A DNA stretch of 64,000 bases from Gammaproteobacteria bacterium (GCA_965277715.1 OZ255836.1:2880001-2944000), one strand, 5' to 3'; shown: positions 45,479 to 56,548, counted from the first letter of the stretch. A program made the numbers and translations. The notes: generated by a model not told the origin, from the sequence alone.

Positions 45479-46429
45479 TTATGCAGGGCCAACGCCAGGA
45501 TTGAGCTGTATACCCAGCGCCTGTAATAACGGCCCGGCACCCTGATCGAGCAGTGATTGCGCGCCGCGTTCACCTATTTGACCCGCCTGGTTAAGTGGGC
45601 CGGTTTGGTCAGTGTATAGCACAGTACTGCCATCCGGGGCGGCCACCATGCCGCGCAGGCGCAGGGTATCGCCAGAGACTTCGGCAAACGCACCGATAGG
45701 CACCTGGCAACCGCCGTTAAGGCGTGCATTGAGCGCCCGCTCTGCACAGACCCGTTGGGCACTGATAGGGTCATGTAGCACGCGAATCAATGACAACACC
45801 GCTCCATCGTCACGGCGACATTCAATACCGAGCGCCCCCTGGCCGACGGCGGGCAGGCTGGTCTCTGCGGTGAGTGTCGCCGCTATGCGCGCCTGCATAT
45901 CGAGCCGGATCAATCCCGCGCAGGCGAGTACGATGGCATCAAAATCGCCGTTGTCGAGTTTTGCCAGGCGCGTATTGACACTGCCGCGCAGTGTGTGGAT
46001 GTGAAAGCCGGGGTGCCGCGCCAAAATTTGTGACTGGCGGCGCAGACTGCACGTGCCAATACGTGCATCGGCGGGCATTTCGTCAAAGCTGTTGTAACGG
46101 TTGGACACCAGCGCGTCGAAGGGGTCTTCACGCACCATAATAATGGCCAGCTGCAAATCCTCCGGTAGCTGTACGGGCACATCCTTCATGGAGTGCACCG
46201 CAATATCCGCACGCCCTTCGAGAATGCCCTGCTCCAACTCCTTGACGAACAAACCCTTGCCGCCAATTTTTGCCAGTGGGCTATCGAGCAGTTTATCGCC
46301 CTGGGTGGTCATGCTGACCAATTCGACCACCAGCCCGGGGTGGGCCGCTTGCAGTTGTTGTTTGACGTACTCCGCCTGCCACAGTGCCAGCGGGCTTTTG
46401 CGGGTTGCGATGCGCAAGGTGTTTTTCAT
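45479..46429 (-). CDS. hemC: Porphobilinogen deaminase
   Basis: [40 protein letters not shown]. Confidence 0.97.
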   Translation of the reverse strand: MKNTLRIATRKSPLALWQAEYVKQQLQAAHPGLVVELVSMTTQGDKLLDSPLAKIGGKGLFVKELEQGILEGRADIAVHSMKDVPVQLPEDLQLAIIMVREDPFDALVSNRYNSFDEMPADARIGTCSLRRQSQILARHPGFHIHTLRGSVNTRLAKLDNGDFDAIVLACAGLIRLDMQARIAATLTAETSLPAVGQGALGIECRRDDGAVLSLIRVLHDPISAQRVCAERALNARLNGGCQVPIGAFAEVSGDTLRLRGMVAAPDGSTVLYTDQTGPLNQAGQIGERGAQSLLDQGAGPLLQALGIQLNPGVGPA

Positions 46430-46489
46430 TTATTCAATTTGCCTGTGCAGTGTTTGTCATGGGGGATTATCCCGGGAAATACGTTTGAT

Positions 46490-47227
46490 TTATTGATGGG
46501 TTAACCGGCCTTTTAAGATTTTGCGCAACTCAGGCAGGTGGCGCCGACTGATTTCAAGCCGGGTGTCACAACCATCGATAATCAATCGTGATTTGCCGTC
46601 CGGGGTTCTTTCGGTGCCCTTGATATACGCCAGCGAGACCAGCGCATTGCGGTGGATACGGATAAATTGACCGGCAAACTCTTGCTCCAACAATTTCAGT
46701 GGCTCTTCAAGCAGTGACTCACCGTGCTTATGCACCAGCGTAACGTACTTGTGTTCCGCCCGAAAAAATAATACCTCATTGAGCGGGATAAGCGATACGC
46801 TATTGCCAAAGGCAGTACACAGATGTGTGCGCTGTGCCGTAAGGGCCGGTGGCGAATCTGATGGCAGCCGCTGGCGCTGGATGGCGTGTTGTAGCGTAGC
46901 GACGAGCTTTTCCGCCCGCACGGGCTTTAACAAATAGCCAATCACCCGCGCCTCGAATGCCGCTAGCGCGTGTTCGCTGTAAGCGGTGGTAAAGATGACC
47001 ACTGGCGGCGCCTTGAGGGTGCTCAAATGGTGTGCCGCCTCCAGCCCATCCATGCCGGGCATTTCCACATCCATCAACACCACATCCGGTTGCAACTGAT
47101 GGGTAAGCGTAACGGCCTGTTGGCCGTTGGCAGCTTCACCCACCGGCTCAAAACCATCGATATCACCCACCATACGCACCAGGCGTTCACGGGCCAGAGG
47201 TTCATCGTCTACGATTAATACACGCAT
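46490..47227 (-). CDS. algR: LytTR response regulator (AlgR-like)
   Basis: MRVLIVDDEPLARERL, DVEMPGMDG, FIRIHRNALV, ISRRH; adjacent to hemC. Confidence 0.9.
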   Translation of the reverse strand: MRVLIVDDEPLARERLVRMVGDIDGFEPVGEAANGQQAVTLTHQLQPDVVLMDVEMPGMDGLEAAHHLSTLKAPPVVIFTTAYSEHALAAFEARVIGYLLKPVRAEKLVATLQHAIQRQRLPSDSPPALTAQRTHLCTAFGNSVSLIPLNEVLFFRAEHKYVTLVHKHGESLLEEPLKLLEQEFAGQFIRIHRNALVSLAYIKGTERTPDGKSRLIIDGCDTRLEISRRHLPELRKILKGRLTHQ

Positions 47228-47243
47228 AAGGTTTTCCAGTCGT

Positions 47244-48323
47244 TTATCGATCGGGTTCTGATATTGGCAGGCGCAGCGTGACGTGATATTCGCCGCCACT
47301 GGCCCGGTGGGTCAAACGGGCTTTATCGCCAAAGGCGAGTGCCAGGCGCTGAACTATATTTTCATGCGCCATGTGGTTGCCACTGTAGTGTGCCTGTCGG
47401 TTCGCCACGCGCCCCGTTACGCCCGGTTCATTTACAGGGTTACGGATTTCAACGCAGTAGTGATTAACACCACAAGGCCTCACATCGATATAAACAGTAC
47501 CACCTTCCGGTATTTTTTCTATACCGTGGTAAATCGTATTTTCGACCAGCGGTTGAATAATCAATGGGGGCACTAACAACCTGGGCAATGGCGCCGTTGT
47601 CTGCCACTCGACCTTGAGCCGGTCACCGAGGCGCTGGTGCTCAATGCGTAAATAACTGCGGGCGAGCTGCAATTCATCTTCGAGTGTGTGACTGTCCTGC
47701 TGGGTATTGAGGCTGGCGCGAAACAGATCGGCCAGGTCTTCCACGGTGCGCTCTGCCTGCGCGGGGTCAATGCGCGTCAGGCTGGCAATAATATTCATGC
47801 TATTGAAGAGAAAGTGAGGGCGGATGCGCGCCTGTAAAGCATCAATGCGCGCCCGTGATTCTGCCTGCACAACCAACAGGCGTTGATGCTGAATATAAAA
47901 ATAGCGCAGGGCGATCAGTGACACGATCATACTAATAATAAGATTGCGCACACCGTACTCCCACAACCAACTGGCAGACCATTGGGGCGTAATCAGAAAA
48001 GTGGGGGAGAACCAGTACACCGCGCTGGTGTAAAACAGTGTCACCAGTTGCAGCAAAAAGAAGGCGACAACGCCGATAACCTCTGGGGAATATCTTTCAC
48101 CCATGCGGGTTAGCAGGCACAACAGTGCAATATCAGTGAGCACAATCCACACGATAAACAGCGAGAGCACCGCAAAGTCGCGCAGCAACATATCGAAACC
48201 GCCTTGTCTGCTCATAATCAGCACAATGGTGAGCATCTCGGCGATAACAATGGCCACCAATACACTCTCCCCTGAACAGAAATTGGGCAAAAAGGGCGCG
48301 GTGGTTTTCTGTTTGTGTTGCAT
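47244..48323 (-). CDS. algZ: LytS-type sensor kinase (AlgZ/FimS-like)
   Basis: LPNFC N-terminus, ALQARIRPHFLFNSMN, QPLVENTIYHG; argH-algZ-algR-hemC synteny. Confidence 0.9.
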   Translation of the reverse strand: MQHKQKTTAPFLPNFCSGESVLVAIVIAEMLTIVLIMSRQGGFDMLLRDFAVLSLFIVWIVLTDIALLCLLTRMGERYSPEVIGVVAFFLLQLVTLFYTSAVYWFSPTFLITPQWSASWLWEYGVRNLIISMIVSLIALRYFYIQHQRLLVVQAESRARIDALQARIRPHFLFNSMNIIASLTRIDPAQAERTVEDLADLFRASLNTQQDSHTLEDELQLARSYLRIEHQRLGDRLKVEWQTTAPLPRLLVPPLIIQPLVENTIYHGIEKIPEGGTVYIDVRPCGVNHYCVEIRNPVNEPGVTGRVANRQAHYSGNHMAHENIVQRLALAFGDKARLTHRASGGEYHVTLRLPISEPDR

Positions 48324-48335
48324 GGTTACATTTTA

Positions 48336-48512
48336 ACCTAAATTCCGCAGTTGGATCGTAGCGAGGGCGTCTAAGGTGCTGAAGATGAAGTGTTTTTACC
48401 CGCATTTTAGCCATCCTGTAGTGATTCTACAGGTGAAGCTGAAATGCGGGTAAAAGCGCTTTAGATTCTGTGCATTAGGTGCTCGCAGTAGATTCAACTG
48501 CGGAATTTAGGT
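48336..48512. mobile_element. MITE-like element, family A copy 2 (177 bp)
   Basis: Same TIRs and body as 5547-5719; TTA on both flanks (48333-48335, 48513-48515). Confidence 0.85.
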
Positions 48513-48515
48513 TTA

Positions 48516-48539
48516 ACCTAAATTAATTAGTTGAATCGT
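48516..48539. repeat. Degenerate family A left end abutting copy 2
   Basis: ACCTAAATTAATTAGTTGAATCGT compared with ACCTAAATTCCGCAGTTGAATCGT. Confidence 0.65.
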
Positions 48540-48597
48540 CAGTGCACGCCCTATTGCTATACTGCAGCACTTTGTAAACCAGCATTGGAATAGAGCG

Positions 48598-50049
48598 ATG
48601 AGTAGCGACCCGCAACAGGCCCACCCCAACCAGCAACATCCAGGGAAAGAAAGCGAAGGAAAAGAAAACAAACTGTGGGGTGGCCGCTTTAGCGAAAACA
48701 CCGATGCGTTTGTCGAGGCGTTTACTGCCTCGGTGACGTTTGACCAGCGCATGTACCGTGAAGACATCGCCGGTTCACGCGCTCACGCGAAAATGCTCAA
48801 AAAAGTCGGCGTACTGAGTGAGGATGACTGCACCGCCATCGTACAGGGGCTGGATGAAATAGCAGCAGAGATTGAGCGCGGCGAATTTGTCTGGTCGGTG
48901 GCGCGTGAAGATGTGCACATGAATATCGAAGCGCGCCTGACCGAAAAAATAGGTGATGCCGGTAAACGCCTACACACCGGGCGCTCCCGCAACGACCAGG
49001 TTGCCACCGACATCCGCCTCTACCTGCGCCGCGCACTGGGTGATATAAGCCAGCAACACAAGCGCCTGTTACACGGCCTGGTAGAGCTGGCCGGGAGTAA
49101 TACAGAGACCATATTGCCTGGCTTTACCCACCTGCAAACCGCCCAGCCACTCACCTTTGGCCATCACGTGATGGCATGGTTTGAAATGTTGCTGCGTGAC
49201 GCCGACCGGCTTAAAGACTGCGCCAACCGTATGAACATCATGCCCCTTGGCGCCGCCGCGCTGGCGGGCACCAGCTACCCACTGGACAGGCACTACAGCG
49301 CCGCATTGCTCGGCTTTAATGGCCCCGCCGAGAATTCGCTGGATGCCGTTAGCGACCGCGATTTTGCCATTGAATTCTGCGCCGCCGCCGCGTTATTAAT
49401 GACACACCTCTCACGCATTTCTGAAGAACTGGTGTTATGGTCATCGGCGCAATTTGATTTTATCGACCTGCCGGATCGATTTTGCACCGGCTCCTCAATC
49501 ATGCCGCAGAAAAAAAACCCCGACGTACCCGAACTCGTGCGCGGCAAAACCGGGCGCGTCAACGGCCACCTGATCGCCCTGTTAACACTGATGAAATCGC
49601 AACCACTGGCGTATAACAAAGACAACCAGGAAGACAAAGAACCGTTATTCGATACCGTCGATACACTGCTGGGTTGCCTGCGGGCCTTTGCCGACATGAT
49701 TCCCGCTATTCAGATCAAAGCGGACAACATGCGCACCGCTGCCCTGCGCGGCTTTGCCACAGCCACCGACCTGGCCGACTACCTGGTACGTAAAGGCATG
49801 CCGTTTCGCGATGCCCACGAAGTCGTTGGGCGCGCAGTGCGCCTCGGCGTTGAAAGTCAGCGGGACTTGAGTGAAATACACCTGGCGGAGTTACAACACT
49901 TTTCCACTCTAATCGAAGCGGATGTTTTTGACGTATTAACACTCGAAGGATCCGTCGCCAGTCGCAGCCATATTGGCGGCACCGCCCCCCAGCAAGTGCG
50001 CAGCGCCATTGCCCGTGCAGTTAAGCGTATTGATACAATTTTTGCGTGA
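48598..50049 (+). CDS. argH: Argininosuccinate lyase
   Basis: [31 protein letters not shown]. Confidence 0.97.
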   Translation: MSSDPQQAHPNQQHPGKESEGKENKLWGGRFSENTDAFVEAFTASVTFDQRMYREDIAGSRAHAKMLKKVGVLSEDDCTAIVQGLDEIAAEIERGEFVWSVAREDVHMNIEARLTEKIGDAGKRLHTGRSRNDQVATDIRLYLRRALGDISQQHKRLLHGLVELAGSNTETILPGFTHLQTAQPLTFGHHVMAWFEMLLRDADRLKDCANRMNIMPLGAAALAGTSYPLDRHYSAALLGFNGPAENSLDAVSDRDFAIEFCAAAALLMTHLSRISEELVLWSSAQFDFIDLPDRFCTGSSIMPQKKNPDVPELVRGKTGRVNGHLIALLTLMKSQPLAYNKDNQEDKEPLFDTVDTLLGCLRAFADMIPAIQIKADNMRTAALRGFATATDLADYLVRKGMPFRDAHEVVGRAVRLGVESQRDLSEIHLAELQHFSTLIEADVFDVLTLEGSVASRSHIGGTAPQQVRSAIARAVKRIDTIFA

Positions 50050-50204
50050 GCAAACAAGCAATACATCAAAGCACACGCCCTGATGCAATATCAGCTAAAC
50101 ATTACATCGAGAGAGATACAAGGGATACAGGAGCTAGAGCAACGCAGGAGCAGTTGCCGACACCTATCTTGATTAGCAAGGCATTCTCACCGCCTGTACC
50201 GCAC

Positions 50205-50720
50205 TCATTTGCAGCCATCAGGATACACACGGCCAACCAACACACCACACTCACGATAAAGATCCGCCCAATGGCTAATATCAACCCCCATCGTCAGCCA
50301 ACTACAAGGCGGCACCTGAGCAACATCTTCACCGGTTAAAAACACCACCAACCGACTAATTGCCGGGTTATGGCCAACAATAACAAGCTCGTCCAGGCTG
50401 TCATCCTGGCGTACCAGCCATTCCAGCAGCGCATGCCAGTCGAATGTGTATAACCCACTATCCGTTTCCCAGTTAAGCGAAAGCGTACCACTATGGTCAC
50501 TGATAATTTCAATAGTGGCTTGTGCACGCCGCGCCGGACTAACAAATATAGCGTTAAAACGATAACCACTGCTGGCTATCTTTGCCGCCATAAACTGGCA
50601 GGTGGCTTCTCCCTGCTGGCTCAATGGGCGCTCAATATCCGGCGTACCGGGCGCCCCCTCACTCGCATACGAGTGGCGAATCAAATGCAACGTTTTCTGT
50701 GTGCCCAATGTCACTGTCAC
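50205..50720 (-). CDS. Histidine phosphatase, SixA family
   Basis: LIRHS, DIERPLS, SPARRAQAT, IVGHNP. Confidence 0.85.
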   Translation of the reverse strand: MTVTLGTQKTLHLIRHSYASEGAPGTPDIERPLSQQGEATCQFMAAKIASSGYRFNAIFVSPARRAQATIEIISDHSGTLSLNWETDSGLYTFDWHALLEWLVRQDDSLDELVIVGHNPAISRLVVFLTGEDVAQVPPCSWLTMGVDISHWADLYRECGVLVGRVYPDGCK

Positions 50721-53143
50721 ACCCGCATTTTTGCCGAAGCAGGATCATAAACCGGCTCAGCCAGTACCCTCGCCGCACAGCGCTCACCCAGCAAACCAAT
50801 TTCCACTTCACAACCGGGCTCGGTGTACTCAGGTGGCACATAAATAAATGCCAGACTCTTACCGGTGTAGTGGCCATAACCACCCGACGTGGCCACACCA
50901 ATGCATCGACCGTCGACAAACACCGGCTCACCACCGACCACATCGTTGTCATTGGCGTTGACTTCGACATAGGCGAGCTTGATCGAGACACCGGCCTGCT
51001 GGCGCTTTGCGGTCGCCTCCCGACCAATAAAATCACCTTTATCCAAAGCCACAAAGCGTTGCATATCAGCCTCAATCAAGGTGATTTCGTTGGTTAGTTC
51101 CGCGTGCAGACCCCGGTAGGCTTTTTCCATGCGCATGCTATTGAGCGCGTAGGCGCCAAAATTGGCGATGCCATGCGCCTGTCCCGCCTGCCAAACGGCG
51201 TCGTACACCGTTTCGAGCTGTGCCATAGGTATATGCAGCTCCCAGCCCAGCTCACCGACGTAAGAGACGCGCAACGCCCGTACCGGCACCCCGGCGACGT
51301 TAATCTGCTGACCCGTCAACCATTTGAAGTGCGCGTTATCCAACGGCGCGTCACTCAGTTGCGCTAACACTTCACGCGATTTTGGTCCGCCGAGCACCAA
51401 CATACCGTAGTCATCGGTGATATTGGTGATGGTGACTGCTTCGTTATCGCGCTTACCCTGCGTCAACATATCCCAGTCTTTTTCCTCAGCACCGGCGCCC
51501 GACAATACGTAGAAATGATCGTCGGCCAATCGAGTAAGCGTCATTTCGCTTTCGATACAACCGTTTTGAGTGAGCATATGTGTCAGGCCGATACCGCCTG
51601 CCCGCTGGGGAATTTTATTTGCGGTGAGGCGGTTGAGCAATTGCTCCGCCTGCGGGCCGGTGACGTCGTACTTGGCAAAGCTGGATAAATCCATGATCCC
51701 CACGCGCTCGCGCACCGCCCGGCACTCTTCGGCGACGGCGTGAAACGCATTGCCACGGCGAAAACCGACATCCTCCGCCGCGCCGTCGAGCGAAAACCAC
51801 TTGGGTCGTTCCCAACCGTGTGCCTCGGTGTGCACCGCGCCCATCGTATTGAGCTTATCGAACAGCGGCGTTGTGCGGCGGTTGCGCGAGGCGGGCCGCT
51901 CGTGACCGGGCAAATGCAAAATGTACATATGCTCATAGGCCTGGAAGGCCTTGTCACGGGTGTAATTCTGATCGGCATACGCACCGAAGCGACGCGGGTC
52001 GAGGCCCGCCATATTGATCTCCGATTCGCCATCGACAATCCACTGCGCCAGGTATTTACCGCAGCCCGCACCCTGGGCGATACCAATCGCCGAACCACAG
52101 CACAGCCAGTAATTTCTCAGGCCATGCACCGGACCGAGCAGGGGATTGTCATCGGGGGTGTGGGGAATCGAGCCATTGACCGTGCGTTTCATCCCCAGCT
52201 CAGCCCAGATCGGCATCGCCTCCATGACACCTTCCAGCCACGGCATAATCGGATCGTACTCAGCCTCGAATAACTCATTAGTAGAAGCCCATTCCGGCAC
52301 GCCCCCGGAATTCGCCCAGGCCTCCCGCGAGCCAGCGGTTTCATAGATACCGATCAGACCGGATTTTTGCTCCTGGCGATAATAGGCAGAACAGCGCGGA
52401 TCACGAATAACGGGCATCTCGACATCGGTTTCCAGGAATTCAGGGCAGGTATCAGTAACAATATACTGGTGCTTCATGTTAGTAATGGGCAGGTAGAGAC
52501 CATTCCAGGCGGCGATACGCCCTGCGTAACTCCCCCCGGCGTTGACCACATGCTCACAGGTGTAATTGCCGTTTTCCGTTACCACCTGCCACTCGCCGCT
52601 GGCGGTTTGCTGGATATTGGTCACCTGGCAATTGCGCACAATTTCTGCACCCATATTGCGGGCGGCGATGGCCATGGCATTACACACTCCGGCGGGGTCG
52701 ACATGGCCATCTTCCGGCGTCCAGGCGCCGCCGACCACGCCATCGAGCTGCACATGTGGCAGGATTTGTGCAATTTTGGCGGTATCGATAATCTCCATCT
52801 TCGCCCCTGAATTATCGGCGATACCCGCCACCAGGCGAAAATAATCCAGCTCGTGTTGATTCGTAGCAAAGCGAATCGAACCGCAGCCGTGCCAACTGAC
52901 ATACTGGCCGGTCATCGCTTCAAGCTTGGGGTACAGGGTATTGCCGTAATGGTGAATCTTCGACATATTGTAATCGGCGATAAAACTGGGACACAGGCCC
53001 GCTGCGTGCCAGGTAGAACCGGAAGTCAGTTCATCTTTCTCCAGCAGAACAATATCCTTCCAGCCCGCTTCTGCAAGATGGTACAACAGGCCAACGCCCA
53101 TATTGCCACCACCGACGATAACAACCCTTTTCTGTGTATTCAC
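50717..53143 (-). CDS. Dimethylglycine/sarcosine dehydrogenase-like FAD + GcvT protein
   Basis: GGGNMG, ELTSGSTWHAAG, GWERPKWF, RVSYVGELGWELH, SMRMEKAY; 808 aa. Confidence 0.9.
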   Translation of the reverse strand: MNTQKRVVIVGGGNMGVGLLYHLAEAGWKDIVLLEKDELTSGSTWHAAGLCPSFIADYNMSKIHHYGNTLYPKLEAMTGQYVSWHGCGSIRFATNQHELDYFRLVAGIADNSGAKMEIIDTAKIAQILPHVQLDGVVGGAWTPEDGHVDPAGVCNAMAIAARNMGAEIVRNCQVTNIQQTASGEWQVVTENGNYTCEHVVNAGGSYAGRIAAWNGLYLPITNMKHQYIVTDTCPEFLETDVEMPVIRDPRCSAYYRQEQKSGLIGIYETAGSREAWANSGGVPEWASTNELFEAEYDPIMPWLEGVMEAMPIWAELGMKRTVNGSIPHTPDDNPLLGPVHGLRNYWLCCGSAIGIAQGAGCGKYLAQWIVDGESEINMAGLDPRRFGAYADQNYTRDKAFQAYEHMYILHLPGHERPASRNRRTTPLFDKLNTMGAVHTEAHGWERPKWFSLDGAAEDVGFRRGNAFHAVAEECRAVRERVGIMDLSSFAKYDVTGPQAEQLLNRLTANKIPQRAGGIGLTHMLTQNGCIESEMTLTRLADDHFYVLSGAGAEEKDWDMLTQGKRDNEAVTITNITDDYGMLVLGGPKSREVLAQLSDAPLDNAHFKWLTGQQINVAGVPVRALRVSYVGELGWELHIPMAQLETVYDAVWQAGQAHGIANFGAYALNSMRMEKAYRGLHAELTNEITLIEADMQRFVALDKGDFIGREATAKRQQAGVSIKLAYVEVNANDNDVVGGEPVFVDGRCIGVATSGGYGHYTGKSLAFIYVPPEYTEPGCEVEIGLLGERCAARVLAEPVYDPASAKMRV

Positions 53144-53272
53144 GATAACCCCTCATACGCTAGACTCTATAGATGGGCGGATAATACGCGTACCGAGAAC
53201 TGACACCAATACAGCGGCGCGCACCTGACTGGAAATGTCGCGATTATTTTAGGTTTAATGAAGGTTAAGAAC

Positions 53273-53632
53273 ATGAGCATCACCGACAATCTGGAAAACC
53301 TGTTAGCGGGTGGCCGCGACGATGCAATGCTGCGCTTTGGCCTGGGCAGCGCCTATTTCAACGATAAACAATTCCCTGCGGCCATACCGCATTTACAGGC
53401 GTGTATTGCCCACGATGCACACTACTCAGCCGCGTACAAACTCCTTGGCAAGGCACTGCTCAAAACGGGAGACAAAACAGGCGCCAAAGCCATATTTAAC
53501 CATGGCCTGCCTATCGCCATCGAAAAAGGCGACAAGCAAACCGAACGGGAAATTTTGGCGTTTTTAAAAAAACTCACTACCGTGCACCCTGCCAGCATAA
53601 AAAACACCTCGAAACCCACTTCACCCAGGTAA
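53273..53632 (+). CDS. Small TPR protein
   Basis: LRFGLGSAY, YSAAYKLLGKAL, GDKQTERE. Confidence 0.8.
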   Translation: MSITDNLENLLAGGRDDAMLRFGLGSAYFNDKQFPAAIPHLQACIAHDAHYSAAYKLLGKALLKTGDKTGAKAIFNHGLPIAIEKGDKQTEREILAFLKKLTTVHPASIKNTSKPTSPR

Positions 53633-53741
53633 TTTGAGAACACCCTCTAATACTGACCTCATTAACCTTTGAACCGACACCAATACCCAAGTACTCTAAA
53701 CACCTAGCAACCCAATTCATTACCGACAGAGGCACTACCCA

Positions 53742-54188
53742 ATGCACCGACTCCCCACCACAAAACAACTAATAAGCAGTATTTTTGCACTCACACTGCT
53801 CATATTTAGCGCCCACACACTGGCCAAATACGAAGGCTCACCACTTGAACCCATCCAAAAAATGGTCAATGCGGGCAAATATGACCAGGCTATTGCCAAG
53901 CTGAAAAAACTACTCGCCAAGGATAGAAACGACGCCGATATACTCAGCCTGATGGGTTACAGCTACCGCAAACAGAAAGAGTACGGACTCGCCGTGCAAT
54001 ACTACAATCGCGCCCTGACTGTCGACCCGGAACACAAAGCAGCCAACGAATACCTCGGTCAACTATTCCTGGAAACTGGCCAGCTTGAAAAAGCCAAAGA
54101 GCGCCTGGCAATCCTGGATGAAGCCTGCTTTTTTGCTTGTGATGAGTACGAAACACTGGAAAAGGCGATCAACGAATACCAACAGTAA
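53742..54188 (+). CDS. Secreted TPR protein
   Basis: Signal peptide, DILSLMGYSYRK, ALTVDPEHKAANEYLG, CFFACDEY. Confidence 0.82.
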   Translation: MHRLPTTKQLISSIFALTLLIFSAHTLAKYEGSPLEPIQKMVNAGKYDQAIAKLKKLLAKDRNDADILSLMGYSYRKQKEYGLAVQYYNRALTVDPEHKAANEYLGQLFLETGQLEKAKERLAILDEACFFACDEYETLEKAINEYQQ

Positions 54189-54265
54189 CCTCAACCTCAT
54201 CGCCTGTTAACACCATCAGGGAAGGGATGTAATACACCTAGGAGCCTGTCGGGTTTAGGCACCTG

Positions 54266-54316
54266 TAGAGAGTGCCGGAAAATGTTGCGAGTGTGGCGCT
54301 TTTCCGGCACTCTCTA
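54266..54316. repeat. 17-bp perfect inverted repeat
   Basis: TAGAGAGTGCCGGAAAA...TTTTCCGGCACTCTCTA. Confidence 0.8.
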
Positions 54317-54342
54317 AGTGCATTTTGCCCTGGAACAAACTG

Positions 54343-55641
54343 ATGAGTGATCCATTATTTACGGATAATTTCAAACAACTGCCTTACTGGTGGGAACACG
54401 CGCCGAGACCACAGATTGAAGTTACCGACCTGCCAGGCAATGTGGATGTTGCCATTATTGGTTCTGGCTACACCGGCTTATGTGCGGGCATTCAAACCGC
54501 CCGTGCAGGGCGCAGCACACTGATACTCGATGCTGAAGATGCAGGCTGGGGATGTAGCTCGCGCAATGGCGGGCAGGTTAGCACCAGCTTTAAGCCCAGC
54601 GTTGAACAGCTAAGCAAACAATACGGCACAGAAAAGGCCGTGCAGATTCTGCGCGAAGGCCACAACGCGCTCGCCTGGATCAGCGACTTTGTTACGCAGG
54701 AAGGAATCGAATGTGATTTTCATCAGGCGGGTCGTTTTCATGCCGCTCACAACCCCCGGCAATACCAGGCGTTGGCACGGCGCTGTGAACACCAGCCCAA
54801 AGGGTTGGAGGTCGACAGTTACATGGTGCCACGTGCGCAGCAGCACAATGAGATCGATACCGATAGATACCACGGCGGTATCGTCTTTACCCAGCACGCC
54901 TCGCTACACCCTGGCAAATACCACCTGGGTTTACTGGCGCGGGCGCAGGCCGCCGGGGCGTGTATCGCCCCACACAGCAAAGTCGACAATATCGAGCGCG
55001 ATGGCGCGGGGTTTGTTCTGCACACCGCACGCGGCAGAGTCAACGCACGCGATGTAGTGCTCGCAACCAGTGGTTACACCGGCGCGCTAACCCCCTGGCA
55101 ACAGCGACGTATCATCCCCATCGGCAGTTACGTGATCGCTACCGAAACACTGGACGTATCACAGGTTGAGCAATTGCTACCCGGTAATCGCGTGTACTCT
55201 GATACCCGCAAGCTGGTTGTCTACTACCGCGCCTCACCTGATCGCAGGCACATTGTTTTTGGTGGTCGGGTGAGTATCCAGGAGACCGACCCACGTACAA
55301 CGGCACCCCACCTGCACCGCGAGATGGTGCGTATCCTGCCCGCGTTGAAGTCGACAAAAATCAGCCACTCGTGGATGGGGTTTGTTGGCTATACCTTCGA
55401 CAGCATGCCCCATATTGGCCAACACCAGGGTGTGTATTACGCGATGGGGTATTGCGGCTCCGGGGTTTCGCTGGCGAGTTATTTTGGTACGCGCCTGGGG
55501 CAAAAGGTTATTGGCATAAAAGCAGGCGAGACGGGGTTGGATAGCACGCGTTTTCAAACGCGCCCGTACTACTATGGCAAACCGTGGTTTTTAGCGCCGT
55601 CGATTCATTATTATCGATTGCGGGATCGTGTGGGTATTTGA
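54343..55641 (+). CDS. FAD-dependent oxidoreductase (DAO/PuuB-like)
   Basis: DVAIIGSGYTGL, GCSSRNGG, LHPGKY, MGYCGSGV. Confidence 0.87.
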   Translation: MSDPLFTDNFKQLPYWWEHAPRPQIEVTDLPGNVDVAIIGSGYTGLCAGIQTARAGRSTLILDAEDAGWGCSSRNGGQVSTSFKPSVEQLSKQYGTEKAVQILREGHNALAWISDFVTQEGIECDFHQAGRFHAAHNPRQYQALARRCEHQPKGLEVDSYMVPRAQQHNEIDTDRYHGGIVFTQHASLHPGKYHLGLLARAQAAGACIAPHSKVDNIERDGAGFVLHTARGRVNARDVVLATSGYTGALTPWQQRRIIPIGSYVIATETLDVSQVEQLLPGNRVYSDTRKLVVYYRASPDRRHIVFGGRVSIQETDPRTTAPHLHREMVRILPALKSTKISHSWMGFVGYTFDSMPHIGQHQGVYYAMGYCGSGVSLASYFGTRLGQKVIGIKAGETGLDSTRFQTRPYYYGKPWFLAPSIHYYRLRDRVGI

Positions 55642-55666
55642 GCAGATTTTGTTTTCTGCTGACTGG

Positions 55667-56548
55667 TTAAGGCAGAAAACGGATGATTTGTGCATCACTT
55701 TGAAATGCCGGTGGTAGCGGTTCATTAGTCTCTGTCGCTTCCTCTGCATCAGTTTTTCTGGCAAAGTGGTCAAAGTCGTAAAGTGTTTGGTCCATTAAAT
55801 GTGAGGGCGCCACGTTTTGCATGGCACCAAAAATACTCTCGACTCTACCGGGGAACTGTTTTTCCCAATCACTCAGCATTTTCTTCATCGCCACGCGTTG
55901 TAAATGACTCTGGCTGCCACACAGGTTACACGGAATAATCGGGTATTGTTTCCACTTCGCGTAGGCGGCAATATCGCGCTCTTTGCAGTACGCCAGTGGC
56001 CGGATAACCACATGCTTGCCATCATCGCTGCGCAACTTGGGTGGCATTGTTTTCAGCTTCCCGCCGTGGAATAAATTCATAAAAAAGGTTTCCATAATAT
56101 CGTCACGGTGATGACCGAGCGCAATCTTGTTAAAACCTTCCTGCTCAGCAAACGTATACAGCGATCCACGGCGCAACCGCGAACACAAACCGCACATCGT
56201 TTTACCCTCTGGAATCACCCGCTTGACCACGCTGTAAGTATCCTGCTCCAGAACATGAAACGGCACGCCGAGGTCACTCAGGTACTGCGGCAAAACATGC
56301 TCAGGAAAATCGGGTTGCTTTTGATCGAGATTAACCGCCACCAGCTCAAAACGGACAGGGGCGCTGGTTTGCAGACTAATAAGCACATCCAGCAGCGTAT
56401 ACGAATCCTTACCGCCAGACAGACAGACCATCACCCTATCCCCGTCCTGGATCATATTAAACGCTTCAATCGCCTTACCGGTCTGCCGCCGCAGGCGCTT
56501 TTGCAGCTTATTCGTCTGTACACTGGTTTTGATAGGGGCTACTTGCAC
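55667..56548 (-). CDS. ttcA: tRNA 2-thiocytidine(32) synthetase; probable GTG start at 56548
   Basis: SGGKDSY PP-loop, [30 protein letters not shown] plus a GC discriminator at 56582-56577 lies inside the longer ORF, favouring the later start. Confidence 0.93.
   Translation of the reverse strand: MQVAPIKTSVQTNKLQKRLRRQTGKAIEAFNMIQDGDRVMVCLSGGKDSYTLLDVLISLQTSAPVRFELVAVNLDQKQPDFPEHVLPQYLSDLGVPFHVLEQDTYSVVKRVIPEGKTMCGLCSRLRRGSLYTFAEQEGFNKIALGHHRDDIMETFFMNLFHGGKLKTMPPKLRSDDGKHVVIRPLAYCKERDIAAYAKWKQYPIIPCNLCGSQSHLQRVAMKKMLSDWEKQFPGRVESIFGAMQNVAPSHLMDQTLYDFDHFARKTDAEEATETNEPLPPAFQSDAQIIRFLP

Noticed and set aside
48531-48563. MITE-remnant TTGAAT as the -35 element for argH
   Set aside because: Spacing to TATACT is 21 bp; the extended -10 (TGcTATACT) is sufficient explanation.
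50046-50339. 97-aa ORF after argH
   Set aside because: It overlaps the SixA-family gene on the opposite strand and has no recognisable features.
53247-53260. TTTTAGGTTTAATG resembling the family A right end before a TPR gene
   Set aside because: Only about 13 bp match and there is no body or left end, so it may be chance.
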